A stretch of DNA of 64,000 bases, taken from positions 31,558,001-31,622,000 of the forward strand of contig NC_092674.1 of assembly GCF_964355755.1 (NCBI RefSeq). The letters are read 5' to 3'. This document shows positions 26,707 through 40,541 of the stretch, piece after piece. The notes below the pieces were generated by a model. It was given only the letters and a program-made list of their open reading frames with translations, made no database searches and had not been told where the DNA came from. The stretch's first letter is position 1. Every line of letters starts with the position of its first letter. Made by a program: the position numbers and the translations under genes. The DNA is from Antedon mediterranea. Taxonomy: Eukaryota; Animalia; Echinodermata.

Positions 26707-29700
26707 AAAATTAGGCTCAGAAATATTTTTTTGACTTACAGAAACGGTGAAACAGATATTCATATGTAAAAAGCAAATAGAAAAAAAAAGAAGAAATATA
26801 AATATATATGATGTATTGTGTGATCACTGATGATGACATGAAAATATACGATGGTTGAAATTATTTTGACAATAATGGTGTCGATTGCGTTCCAATGAGA
26901 CAGAATGAATGATGATGCGTTAGATAGAGTTACAAAACCTAATATTAAATTGCATAAAATAAAAATGACAAGTTTTCATTATCAAGATGGATTTTCTTAG
27001 TCTCATTTCACAAAAAAATATAGAAACATATGTAACAGAAATGCATTCAAAGGTATACGCTATGTTTTCAATGTATCTTCTATACCGTATGATTGTACAC
27101 TTTTGTTTTGTATTTGAGATACGTGAAGCGATCAAGAGAAGAGAAATACATTTTATTATCATCGTTCTATTTTATATTTTTTGAAAATGTACTTTTCTAT
27201 TGTATTGTTCTATATCTACGTTGACCGATCGAGATACATTCACAATTACTTGTTGTATGATCCAAATATTAGGAACACGTAAGATGTGGAAAATAATACT
27301 GACAGTAACAATTCAATTAGGTTTATGGGAAGGCAATCGCAAAATACTTTGATTTGTACAATCGCAAAATTTAAAGCCGTAAAGATAAAATGCTTTACAG
27401 ATTCACAGTAATTCCACATGGCAATTATATGACGTGTTGATGTCTTCCGTAAAAACGTATTACCTCATTCACTTTTACCACTGCTTCGGCTACTTGACAG
27501 ACAGAGAAACAACGTATTGCTTATTAGGGAATTAAACATGTCAAATAATTAAATCGATCCAAAGGAAAATTAGCGTACAGACAACCAAGTTTCTGTAAAA
27601 ATATAAATCATTTAATTTTAGATTATATATTATTATCAGATAATTTTATCCGCACCTTATTAAATGTGTTTGATAGTATTTCAAACCGTCCAGGACCGAT
27701 AATCAGAACATTTTCGATTCTTCCATAATAGGGCAGATTTTTTGTATATCGTTATCTCTCTCTCTAAATATATACATTGTTTTTCAATCGTAACGCAGTA
27801 CTTAACAATAGCTAACATTAAATAAGTAGAATGAGCCTTTGTTTTACAATAAGCTCGGGGACATTGCGTTTAATCGGACTGATTTATTGAATTAAATTAT
27901 TTTTGGCATATTATTTGATGATAATTTATTTGAGTTGCGGCTTGTCTACATTACTTTTAACGATAGGCTTTTAGAAGCAAAAGCGGTACATCATAGCTTG
28001 ATTTCTTTTAGTATTACAGCTGCTGCTTGAAGAAAAAAAAAATCCGTATTTTTTCTCTAAAATATTGTTCTAATTAAATATAAATAATTAACCGTATTCT
28101 TTACTAATGATAACTAGTTTTTTTTGCACATTCAAATGGAAAATATATTTATATATGCATATTATAGTACATTACATATTGTTGATCTATGTCTCTTATT
28201 TTTTTTATATTACTATATATCCATCTGCGCGCACTATTTCCACCTTTTTATTAATAATATCTTTTATATGTTTACAGCTTTTTGACCAATTACAAACGTT
28301 ATCTCGGTGTCGAACATTCTGAACTGGTTTCTGTGTTGATTAGGTGGTCAGATTTCACACTTTTTAATGAAACACGACTTAACGTATTATTATTAGTAGA
28401 AAGATGGTTCATTCTTAGATATTTTCTCTTAAATTGACTTCAGATTTATTACACTTGACATGCAGTTATTACCTCATGGAAAGTAATACAAGTAGAACTA
28501 ATGCAAAATATATAATAATTATTATCTCAATTCGATTTAAACTAACACCTCATGCAAATGTCAATAAACTGTTATTCTACTTCTTGTTTTTTTTTCAATT
28601 ATTTTAAATATATTATAGTAAAACATTATTCTAGGTCCAATCAGCGATGACTAAAGTTCGATGCATTAATACTAGAGAGAGTGTTTTGTTCGTCATAAAA
28701 TGTTTGCTTTTTTGTACGCAACCAATACCGGTAACTATTTTCTACTGGCAATTATTTAAACTTTATATGAAAACAGCGACGGGGCTGGTAACCACCCTGT
28801 GGTATCTTTCCTAATGTAACACATTTAGGCCTACTTAAAAGAAAAGAAATTATAAAACTGTTATTGTACACGTTGAAGTCGTACACGTTGAAGATGTACT
28901 CTGGTTGTACGCTTTTGCATGACTGTAAAAGTTAATGAAACATGTTAGTAGTGTTTTTGTAAGTAGTTAAGTGGTTTTTGATGAGTGTGCTGTAAGGGTG
29001 TTTAACGACAGGTACCACGCTCCGTCATTGATTGATGCTATTGAGTATTACATTTGTCACAAGTACATTCTGCAATTATAAATGTATGCCTGATGATTTT
29101 ACTATAAAACAATAAATTAGTATTTTGATTCAAGTATGTTGATCAAGGAATAAAACTAATTTTTAGTTCATACCAAAGACTAGTACAGTGGCCTGAAAAA
29201 GACAAATAGCTCCAAATGATATAAGAATCAACAGGGTGTCTTACAGTAAATACATCATGGTTGTACATTGCTATGACAGTAAAACATATCTTTTAAATTT
29301 TTTAAATATCATATTAAATGATTCACCGTTTTTCATTTCAAATCATAGATAATACAAAAATTGACCTAGGTATAAAGACCTACATTGGAACATACAATTT
29401 ATATTACTGTTGCTAGAAAAACACAGTGCATTTATCAGGCGAGACAGCAGTAAAACTGCGGATTATCGAAATGAATAGTAAGTTGAACTGAACATTAATG
29501 TGCATCATTAATATATCATTATGTCAAATAAAAGTTCTACTGAGTTCACTGTATTGGAATGGAATTCGTATACAGTCTGAGTTCACTGTATTGAAACCCA
29601 TACTGTACATCGTATACAACATTCAATAAAGTCATTAATGTATGTTTCTCCAAAACAGACTTCCAAAGCATTTATTCATTGAGTCTGTAAATAGTTTGCT

Positions 29701-30362
29701 TTTATTAGTAAATAATATACATTTGACACATATAGTGTTTCTGGTGATAGAAAATGGGAACATTGCTAAACGTGGTCATACCACCATAATGTATTGGATA
29801 TGTCATGGCTACTACTGATGCCATAAAGATGCTGCTATTTTTGAAGCACTCCAGTTACATCCAAAACTATCTAATGCATTCCGACTATTAATGTCTTTTG
29901 ATGAATGTCAAGTTAAATATTTCTAGGATTTGTTTTTCAATTCATGTTCATTTGTCGTTTCGGGGATGCATTTCTACTTGGAATTATATCACCTCTATTA
30001 CGCAGATTAATATCGGTACAAGATAGGAATATAAATAAATCCACTATAATGCTCGAATCCACCGAAAACGAATATCAAATTTGAAATCAAACTCTGTGTA
30101 TAATATATCTCAATAAATTTTAAACGGGAACACAATATCAATTTACTAAACTGTTTATGTCCAAATGTCCAGAAACATTGAGTTCATAGCGATCAATCTT
30201 ACGGTAAAAGTTCAAGATGATGCAGTTTACGTTTATGTCTAATCAATGAAAACTGATGATACTATCGTGTTATTATTACAAGATAATAATCGACTAAGAA
30301 GGTTGGAATGTCATTAAGTTTAATTCTTGTTGTACAGTTATGATATGTGTCTGCAAAGTTTC

Positions 30363-30511
30363 ATTATATCAATGTCTTTCACCCGTGGTATTATTATATC
30401 AATGTCTTTCACCCGTGGTATTATTATATCAATGTCTTTCACCCGTGGTATTATTATATCAATGTCTTTCACCCGTGGTATTATTATATCAATGTCTTTC
30501 ACCCGTGGTAT
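30363..30511. repeat. 30-bp minisatellite, 5 copies
   Basis: Unit ATTATATCAATGTCTTTCACCCGTGGTATT. It explains the repetitive ORFs at 30327-30610. Confidence 0.95.
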
Positions 30512-30512
30512 A

Positions 30513-30672
30513 CTGTATCTTAATTTCATCAGTATCATAGAAAATTTCCGTAATACAGCATAACATTTTTTGAAACCATTCATTAAACAGACACCACGTG
30601 TGATATACATACAATGCAGTATTACGGAATTTTTCTATGATATTGGGTACTGGGCAAAATGTGGAAATACAG
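30513..30672. mobile_element. Small hairpin MITE with TA flanks (Tc1/mariner-type)
   Basis: TA|CTGTAT ... ATACAG|TA. Internal inverted arms CAGTATCATAGAAAATTTCCGTAATACAGCAT and ATGCAGTATTACGGAATTTTTCTATGATATTG. Confidence 0.55.
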
Positions 30673-31228
30673 TACTGAGAATATGTTAAATCTGTGCATA
30701 TATTGAAATGTATTATAGTGAAGTGAATCCACTGCATACTACATGATGGTCAATTTAGTAAAGGCTCGAAGATAACTTAAATTTACACCTGTTAGAAATT
30801 CATAACAAAATTCATTTACAAATCATGAGAGTAGAATTATGCTTTAATTCATGGCAAATAACAAATTACATTATCGTGACCTACGCTTATAGCAAACTAG
30901 GTCTAAGTATTATATATTACATTTCAATGATTCCATTATAATACGAAATTAGTGTAGGAAATTACTTTCTTTTTATTAGATTCTTCCTGATCTCATAACT
31001 TTATATTTACATGTTCTTTTCATCGATTAAAATGTAAAGTGACTTAAACAATACAGTTTGTCGACGTAGGTGGTTCATGTTATCAATTGATATACATGAA
31101 TTCAATCGATAAATTGGCTTGAATGACAAAAGAAACATGTCTTCATATTCAGGATGTGTTTCTTCTTATGTGCTTCGGAGAAACATATTTGTATTCATTG
31201 AATATGGTGTGGTTTGGTTTATGGCTTA

Positions 31229-32082
31229 AGATTGGTTCCCACTAGTGACGCAACGTAACGCAACCTACGCAACGTAAGAAAATGCTCTTCCAATTATTGC
31301 GTTTGCCCCCGCGGCCTGCGTATAATCAAACCTACAATGTTTGCAGCACTATTGCGTCGTCGGTTCCCACTTGTGATTACGCAATACAGCACTTTGCGTC
31401 GATACGCCGCTGCGTTGCGTTCTACCATGCTTAAAGCTTGGTTCCCACTAGAACGTAACGCAAGGACGTAAACGCAACGCAAGCGTTTTAACCAATGACA
31501 AGTTATAGACAGTTAGCAATCACAAGCGAATAAGCCATCGCTTGTGATTAGTCAATTCACTTGCATTGCGTTACGTCCTTGTGTTGCGTCGCTAGTGGGA
31601 ACCACGCTTTAATTAGTACGAGATAATTAATTTGAGTTCGAATGTTGTTTTTAAATTAGGATAGAGGCCGAATTCATGAACGTCAACATTTTGGGTTAAG
31701 CTTGGTTCTCACTAGCGACGCAACGTAAAGCAATCTACGCAACGTAAGAAATGCCCTTCCAATCATTGTGTTTTCCCCCGCCTCCCACTAAGGGTGGTTC
31801 CCACTAGCGACGCAACGCAAGGACGTAACGCAACGCAAGTGAATTGACCAATCACAAGCGATGGCTTATTCGCTTGTGATTGCTAACTGTCTATAACTTC
31901 GCTTGTCATTGGTTAAAACGCTTGCGTTGCGTTTACGTCCTTGCGTTGCGTTTACGTCCTTGCGTTACGTTCTAGTGGGAACCAAGCTTTATGCGTCGTC
32001 GGTTCCCACTTGCGATTATGCAATACAGCACTCTGCGTCGATACGTCGCTGCGTTATATTGCGTTCTAGTGGGAACCACGCT
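31229..32082. mobile_element. Cluster of four related PIF/Harbinger-like MITEs (two subfamilies, one copy nested in another)
   Basis: Shared TIR AGCTTGGTTCCCACTAG...CTAGTGGGAACCAmGCT with TWA flanks. Copies at 31229-31431, 31435-31608 and 31699-32082, the last containing an inverted second-type copy at 31791-31988. Confidence 0.85.
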
Positions 32083-34955
32083 TTAGCAAACCAAAATTCA
32101 ACATATGTATTATATTGTTAACACTTTTGTAGCCTAGGTTAGGGAATGACCTGGTTGTTATGGCTTAATCGATATTTAACCAAGTTTCTAGTATTAGCCC
32201 ATGGTGAACTTGAGATTATGCACGATTGTAAGAATTACAAGAGGATGTCTATATTTGAACGTCTTTAATGCAACGTATTGCTATAGCATCTTAATCAGTA
32301 ACCAATTGATTGATCAATATTTTGACAGCCAAATCAATGGCATCCAGCTCTTTAACGAGATTATGTGTGAAGTAGCATTGTTTAATACAACGACTCTCAA
32401 TTAGGTTTCACTCGCGATGGATCCTAATTTGATCAGTCAATTCGAGTTATAACCTGTGATATTACAATAGAATTGTGTTCTCTACCCAATTCTTGATTAT
32501 TATTTATAGATATATTTGGACCTGATAATGCAGCTAACGTTGTGAGCATCAATAACACATTACGGATAGGAATATACCACTAAAACTAATTTATTCATAT
32601 TTTATTACTCCCGACAGGTTTTTGAAAGATACAAATAATTACGTATTAATATTAAAACAATAGTACTATGCAGTATTTACAACGTCCTAAATACTTCATT
32701 CTATATTATTGTGTTAAACGAACCCAATGGCAAACTATTACTTTCCTAAAGTAAACATAATTTTTGGTTTCAAGTTTAATCAACTCTTTCTAATCGTCTT
32801 ATATGCGTATCTGAATACCACGGTGACGCGCGTACGCGGTGTCATCTTCGTACATCTTAAACCACTCGTCCAATTGGATCAATAATATTAGCATCGCTAT
32901 GTGATTCCAAAGTGCATGTCTATTCGATTGATGCGGACAAATTCAATATATAACGACTTATATCAAATGCACTTGTTCAGCTTTCTACGTAAACTATTCA
33001 CCGTGGACATTGATTTAACATATTGGATATAGGTAGTGTCTTTAATTAGAGGCTAACATGCGTATTATGAACAATACATAGGGTCGAACATTCATATTAA
33101 TGCATGTACATTTAGTCGAACTGGATGTAAATAATACCGTTTGCGTGTGTGTTTATCTAATTGTGTGCTTTATTTGCTATTAGTATTATCTAATAATAAC
33201 CATACAAACCTAGACCAGGCTCAATTGTATGCTAATACATTATAAAAGATAAACATATATTAATATTATCGATAGCAACAGCAGTACAATAGAATTATCA
33301 TAATAGTAATATATTATGATTGTTGTTAATATTGCAATTCGTAATTTCATTGTCGCTTGTCAAAATGTTTAAAATGTTTGGTTAAAATTGAACTAACCTG
33401 CCTTTTCAGCAACTCACGTTGTATTGTTCGGCATCAATCGTGAGTACTTAAAGGAATGCATGATGCAATTTGCATATTGGTAGACAAGTCTGATGAACAG
33501 ACTTAGTCGAACCGTTAGAGTAAAACATTGGAAGCCTGTGGTGAATTTATATGCTTAAACATATACACAAGAGAGAATTTGGTGTGCTTGTCATCTAAAA
33601 AGTACGTTATACCTATTTGGTCGTTTTGTACATCATCTGTGTTTTACAGAGATTAAGAGTGCTATCCCCACAACAAAACCCATGGTGTTTTCTTGTCCGT
33701 TTTTGTACTTCTGTTTTAAAAATGGTCGGTTTCGGTTTTGGTTTATTCACAAGAGATGGAGTTAGATAGCTAGACCACTACTTTATAGGTAAGGTGGTTC
33801 AAATACATTTTTGATTTTCTCTGAGTTTCAACATATTATATTTAAGATGTTTAAATTTGACGGTTCACAAGTGTTGTTTTCACTACAAAGTCGACAACAG
33901 ATTGAAACACGACTACAAATCCTTTATTAAAAAAAACCTTGCTTAGCACTTAGCACGTTACTGACAAAACAACGCTTTTTAAATCTTAATATGTCTCTTC
34001 TTATAATTAATTATTTTGATTCAATGGAAACTTAATTACTTGTCCTTAAACACTGCATGTAATCTCTTCTATGTTTACTGCTACCAGCATTGGTCTAGGC
34101 CTACATGACCTTTTATTGCAAGATTTAATATGCATGTTACATGTTTTAACACGCACAAAAATTCTGTTCTTGTTTGATTTGGTGATCAAAACAAATTTTA
34201 TGTTAAATAACGTGTTTCTGAAACTGATTGGAAATAATATAAATGAACCCTGCGGCAGTATTGACAGGCATTACGCACTAGTTGCTAGTTCATTGAATAG
34301 GTAATCACCTCCGGGCAATTATTAGCGCCACCCGTTATATATATATATATTTGCTAATGGCAATGTACATGTGTCTTCACATATAAATATCAAAAATCAA
34401 TATTTGCTGCCAACTGGGCTTACTTATTCGTATTCCAATTACGTTGAGACCGTGTCATTCCTCTTATTTTACTTCTATGTTTTATGTGATTAATATATAG
34501 CGCGTTCACATGGGATTTATAATAAATTGTTAATATCATGTAGTTAGCAACAATTTGGGGTTAAAAGGTTATATGTTGCTTTTTGTGAACTTGGTTCACC
34601 ACCAACCACGCGATCGTCGCGGCATTTTAAAGCTTTTTTTTCTACGCAACGCAAGAACGTATACGCGCAACTAATTTGACCAATCACAATTAATGGATTA
34701 TCTAAACTGTCCTCGCTTGCCGCACATCTCTAGTTGGAATTGGGCTTAAATGTAGAAAGTAAACTCCCGAAAATACCAGTTACGTATACAATGTTGTTGC
34801 ATTTACACTTTTTGTGAACATATTTGGTTTAAACTCTGGGTATAAACTTAACACAAGTCCACACCATTGTTTGCACCTTACACAGATGTTTAAAGATGAG
34901 TGTATGTGAACACACACTTGACCCTTTTCGAATTGCTTCTTGAGTGCTGTTTTGA

Positions 34956-35383
34956 AAGTTACACAATGTCACATGTGGGATGTGCTTTAAAGATGTATTG
35001 TCCCTTGAAACACAAAAAATAAAAAAAAAAATATTCTAAATTTAAATTGGCCATATCAAAGTAATATTAAAGTTATTCACTTTAAGTCGAAAATTCGAGC
35101 CAAAAACAACAGTTTACGTAATTAACAGGTAAATTAATTAGATTACATTTCGTCTGAGAAATCGTCGCAAGCGAAAGTAAACAAAGATTTCAAACCATGA
35201 ATTAGTCAAAGGGACAATACATCTTTAATGTTGGATGTCCATACTATTGTTTCGGTTGTAACAAGCATAATGATGAATGTAGTTTTAACAAGTTATACAA
35301 TGTCACATGTGCGATGTGCTTTAACGTTGGATGTTCATACTATTGTTTCGGTTGTAACAAGCATAATGATGAATGTTGTTTAA
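34956..35383. repeat. Tandem duplication of about 95 bp whose first copy is interrupted by a MITE
   Basis: AAGTTAyACAATGTCACATGTGsGATGTGCTTTAA...GTTGGATGTyCATACTATTGTTTCGGTTGTAACAAGC at 34956 and 35290. Confidence 0.85.
34991..35224. mobile_element. 234-bp Kolobok-like MITE with TTAA TSD
   Basis: TTAA|AGATGTATTGTCCCTT ... AAGGGACAATACATCT|TTAA. The empty site with a single TTAA is preserved in the adjacent duplicate at 35321-35324. Confidence 0.92.
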
Positions 35384-36016
35384 AGAAAATTTACAATGGA
35401 TAGTAACTTTAAAATGGCACGTATTCCTTCTGGCTGTAAAGAAAATATTGACGCCTTTCTTAAATGCGTCCTTCTGATACTAAATCAGGCGCGATAAGTA
35501 CACCATTTAGAACGTTAACTAGCTCATTAATCCAGTCATTGTGGACATTAATGATTTTCCAGAAGCCATTTTCTTCTAGATTTCTAATTATCCAGTATTT
35601 TTATTTTAGTATAAAACCGTAATAAGTCACCACAATATTTAAATCAGGCTAGACTAATCAATCGGTGAGATCATAGTTGGAATTATTATGCCACATTAAA
35701 GTATTTAATATCATTGTCTTGAAATACATAGTTTGATTAAAATTTAATAGAGGAATAAGTTTAAACTAGTCTTGCTTTAAAAAAGTAAATGTCAGTATTG
35801 CGCGCTGACGGCGAGAATGTGTTAGTATATTGCAACATTTCCTCACCATTTAAAAACGTGTCATACGACAAAGTTGCCAACACTACTCTAGACTGGCTTA
35901 TTGGTGTTATTAATTTGTCAAAATTCAAATCTATAGTCGGGGAATTGCTGATAAGATGTCTGAATTAATTAATTTACGACAAATCTGGGCAGAAGCGATC
36001 TAAATTAACAATATGC

Positions 36017-36185
36017 ATGCATTCATTCATTCATTCACTCTTCCATCGTCTTTCCTCCACTCATTCCTTCATTCGTTCGTTCATTCATCCATTCATTCAC
36101 TCTTCCACCGTATCTCCTCCACTCGTTCGTTCGTTCGTTCGTTCGTTCGTTTGTTCGTTCGTTCGTTCGTTCGTTCATTCATTCA
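36017..36185. repeat. Compound (TTCA)n/(TTCG)n microsatellite
   Basis: Visible tetranucleotide runs. They explain ORFs 36013 and 36017. Confidence 0.9.
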
Positions 36186-39100
36186 CTGCCAATGCTCCAC
36201 TCCCCACTCATTGATTTTGTTCACCGAATGCAGTAAAATTGTGTATCTTGTTTAGACAAGTTTGTATTCTAGTTTAATGTAACAATTTTTTCTTCCTAAC
36301 AGATAAATATTTCCTCTTGTTAAATATATTTTTCTTAATGATAATGTACACAAAATGAACTTCTCAAGGCTACAAAGCTTTATAAGCTACAATAATTGCA
36401 GAAACATGTAAGATGTGCCTAGTTTGTCAGTTTAATCTTAGATAAGTCAGCTGATGAATGAAAGGCAAAGGTATACATATTGGTATCGAGTAACTGAAAT
36501 GAATATCAAAACGATTTCCTGGCCAAGATCAACTTGATGGGTAATTAGTTCGTTCATTCATTCCACAAACCGATAACAATATTTCTTACTTCAAGACATT
36601 GACACTAGTAAACACAAATCTGTAATGTCATGGTCCACGACACAAGTTGTAGTTTCTACAGCAATAATACATTTTATTACCACAATTTTGAAGAGATTCG
36701 TTTCAGCTGATGCATTATATTCAAATTCCGGATTTACGATTTCGTTATCTTGCAATACAACATGCCAAATTTCACTTGTAATGTTTAAGATGGGTGTCTT
36801 AGTCATTTCTTATTGAAATAAAAGAAAGAAACTTACACTAGCTATAACTGGTGAGATTGCAATGCATGAACCTAGACCTACCAGGGAAATGTGTTTCTTT
36901 AAAAATAATACTTGAGGTAGGTTTATGTACATGGTGGTTATGTCAAATTTGTTTAGACCTACTAAATTCATTTAGTTTAAATTGCTGTTTGAATAACACG
37001 CGGTAGCCAGGTAAGCAAATGTGAGTACTTGCGTCCTAAACAATGGTATAATCCGGGGTTCAATACTTTAATGGTAAATAAGAGTACACGTGCTGCATGC
37101 TGAGGTTGTTAATTGTTTTGATGATAGCTTGTAATTTTGAACACAGTGATGATAATTATATCTTTTATAGTTTTTCTATTGTCGACATTCGGGCTATTGT
37201 ATAATGAGTTTGCATGACTGAATAACTGCAAATGCTTAAGATACATAACTCTAATATGCTATATGCATAGTCTGTATCTGATCGTGATGGTCAATTCTAC
37301 AATATCATACGGCAACACCAGTAACTTGATTAGTAGGCCTATGTCGTATTTCTATTGGATCGCTGCAGATAATTGTGTTTTAATTATGTGGGGTTAAAGT
37401 GGTTGTATTGTTTAATGTATACTGTCAGCTTTTATTATCGAGTCTGCTTTCTTAATTTTCATATTCCTTCAATTCTATTTTCAACATCAGAGACACTTGA
37501 AAGCTATTTCTTTAGTCTATACTTGACCTAGGATTTCTTTTAGAAGAAAAAATCTATCTAAACGCCGTCATCATAGCAACAATATAACACCACTTTAAGT
37601 TCTATACCATATTACGCTTCTCATTAATTTAAATTACCTTTTTCAATGTTTTTTATATCATTGGTCTATCAGGAGTTTGTTTATGCTTGAAGAACTAGAA
37701 GAAGCATATCATCCATTTTCCTAAATTACCGATTAGTCTTACAAAGAAAATGAATGGCGAGTGTATATCCAGGTGTTTCTGACCACCGAAGAAATAAACA
37801 ACTGCAGGTGCCGTAGGCCTACTACATAATTTCTATGTATATTTTATATGTGATAATAAATGGAAGTAATAATTTTCACTGATGAATTAATAAATGTGCG
37901 TCATATGAATTAGCGTTTCTTATTATTATGAAGTTTTCATGTTCGTAACATTGTACTACGCATCATGTGACGTGGCGTTTCTTAAGCCGATTTTCCACTT
38001 GGCGAATTTGTTCGCGCAAATCAAAAGCGTCAGCATATACGCATGCGTATTCATGTTTCAATCTTCCGAATCCCTTTCTACGCATGCGTGTATTATTTTC
38101 GACTGAAACTGATCAGTTACGTTTACCGCTAATTCTTTTTTACATTGATATAAATCACATAATTATTACAAGCTGTAATTAAAATGTAACGTCGATCAAT
38201 CATGCAATTTGATTTTTTTCTAAACTATACGGTAATTAAATTAATCAAACAATTAATACCAAGATTACAATTAAATATTTATTAAACCGACACCATGCAA
38301 TTGCGGCCTTATTGTAATTTTATATTTATTGACAATCCGCTTATTATCGTCTTTTTGTTACAATTAAGTTGAGTGTATTGGTCCAAGCAATTTCTTCTTC
38401 TAATTTATATTTTATTTTGGTCGTTGTTTGAAGCTGTTCGCATCTCTCTCTTATTAATCTACTTCAAACAATTCATTTAATACGTTGCTACGTAACGAAT
38501 GTTCAATCACCGTCATTCTACGAGCTCATCTGAACAAGCTAAAAACTAGGCCTGAGGTAAAGTCATTTTATATTATAAAATGACCCATTTTATAAATTTA
38601 AACCCATGCAATGATAACAAAAACAGTATTGGTACTAAGAGTGGATAATTTCACGACTCGATTGCTGCTTTAATGTGTAAACTATCCATGGCGTGACCAA
38701 ACATGTAAGAAATACACGAAACATACATAAAACAGAGAGTATTCTATTTTACTTTTTAAAAAAGAAGAAAATAACTTTTTTGGCGCACTTAAGTACAGTA
38801 GAATTGACATTTAAATGCCATACCATTTGAGACACGTTTTGCAGGCAGGCGAATACATGTCTCGCCTCAATTGGAATACATTTTCATTTGTTAATATTTT
38901 AATACATTCTTTATATGCCAATTGCTATTTGTCCCTTATCCCCGCGTAAAGTATTCGAAGTCACAATCCGTAAACAACATTATCATCATTAAGTATATTG
39001 ATTGGATTTTTATTCCAATTTAAATTCATCCATGGTGCAATTGATTGTGTGCGAAGCATATCAATTGACATTAGGTAACCCTCCAAAGAATTTACAAGCA

Positions 39101-40247
39101 TACAAATATGTCATCCTTAATAACATTAAGAGAATTGACACTTTACCTAAAATTATATTTAAATATATTTGCATCACGTCCATACGCCGTCTATATTAGT
39201 GCGCAATATGACATTTAGTACCTTTCATTTATTCATTCATTCATTCATTCATTCATTTTCTTTATTTCGGATAGTACATCTATATATACAAATCATTCAA
39301 AAAACAAAAAGAGAAACAGTTTCACCAGGAAATTAACAATATAAGTAACTTCCACAAAAAAATTTAAATGGTATTCACTTCATGACTTTAGATAACCTTT
39401 TTATTTTATATTAATAAAAAACTAAAACATAAAAACTGACTAAAACAAATAATATATATATATATACATTTTCTGATGACGTCATTGAATACAGTTGTCA
39501 AACATTACAGACATTTGTAGTTTACAATTCAGAAAGTAGCTGCACAATTAAAAAAATTAAGATGCTTATATATAGGCCCAGTGAATCACAATCATGTGTC
39601 AAAACCAACAAAACAAGTATCGTTCTTGTTTCCATTTTGGTCGTATTATAATATAATTTCAAATTAACAGGAAAGGTGTATTCGAAGAGAATATTTCAAC
39701 ATGATTAACGACTACTCTTTTGAGAATTTTTATATCATTTTATCCAAAAATAATTGAGTTGAAAATGTCTACGAAACAATATAATTGATTTATAATGTTT
39801 TACAACGTTTGCTTTCATTTCAGATATGTTGACGACAAGAAATAACAATGCCTACGGGAACTAAATGTATGCACCGAAGGTAGAGTTTGTAGCGAATTTT
39901 TACTTGTTCACGTCTTGTATAAAACTAGGTCTACTCGTTTGGGGAACGTAAAGTTGACACGAACTCATAACGTATATTTGGCGAGAATGAGGTAGCTGTA
40001 TACCCGACAGTTTGCTTACTGAATTTATCGAAACATTCATGAGTTTATCTCTTGCCGTCAACAAACAACTCCAGCTATGATAAAACGAGAAAGAAAGACG
40101 ACAGTGTGAGAATGAGCCAAAGGAAAGCATTGCCGGATCTTGCAGGCAGAAGAATGATCAAACATTGGTTTAAACACTGAAGGATTTGAGATTCTAAAAT
40201 CAGTCAATTTAAATGAAACTTTTATACACACAACCATTGATATAATT

Positions 40248-40541
40248 ATGGAGAGTACAATATGGATATGGCTGCTTATTTGCGGTTTTGTCCCTTGTTT
40301 TATACCTAATGGTGTTTTGGCAATCACTGAACACTTTGATAATACTTATTGTGGCACGAAAGGAATGGTTACTAACATGAAAAGGATATATATTGGAGGT
40401 TTGTTTCCACTTAAAGGGAACAGATTTCACTCAGTACGAGGTCGCTCAGAATTAGAAGCTGCACGATATGCCCTGGATTTAGTGAACGAGCAGAGTAGTT
40501 CTGATGGATTTGTACTATGCATGTTTCATAATGACACCGAG
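40248..40541 (+). CDS. GABA-B-R3-like receptor coding exon 1 (signal peptide, start of Venus flytrap)
   Basis: MESTIWIWLLICGFVPCFIPNGVLA...IYIGGLFPL...GRSELEAARYALDLVN...HNDTE, then donor GTAAT. Confidence 0.93.

Noticed and set aside
30327-30737. Overlapping repetitive ORFs
   Set aside because: Artefacts of the 30-bp minisatellite.
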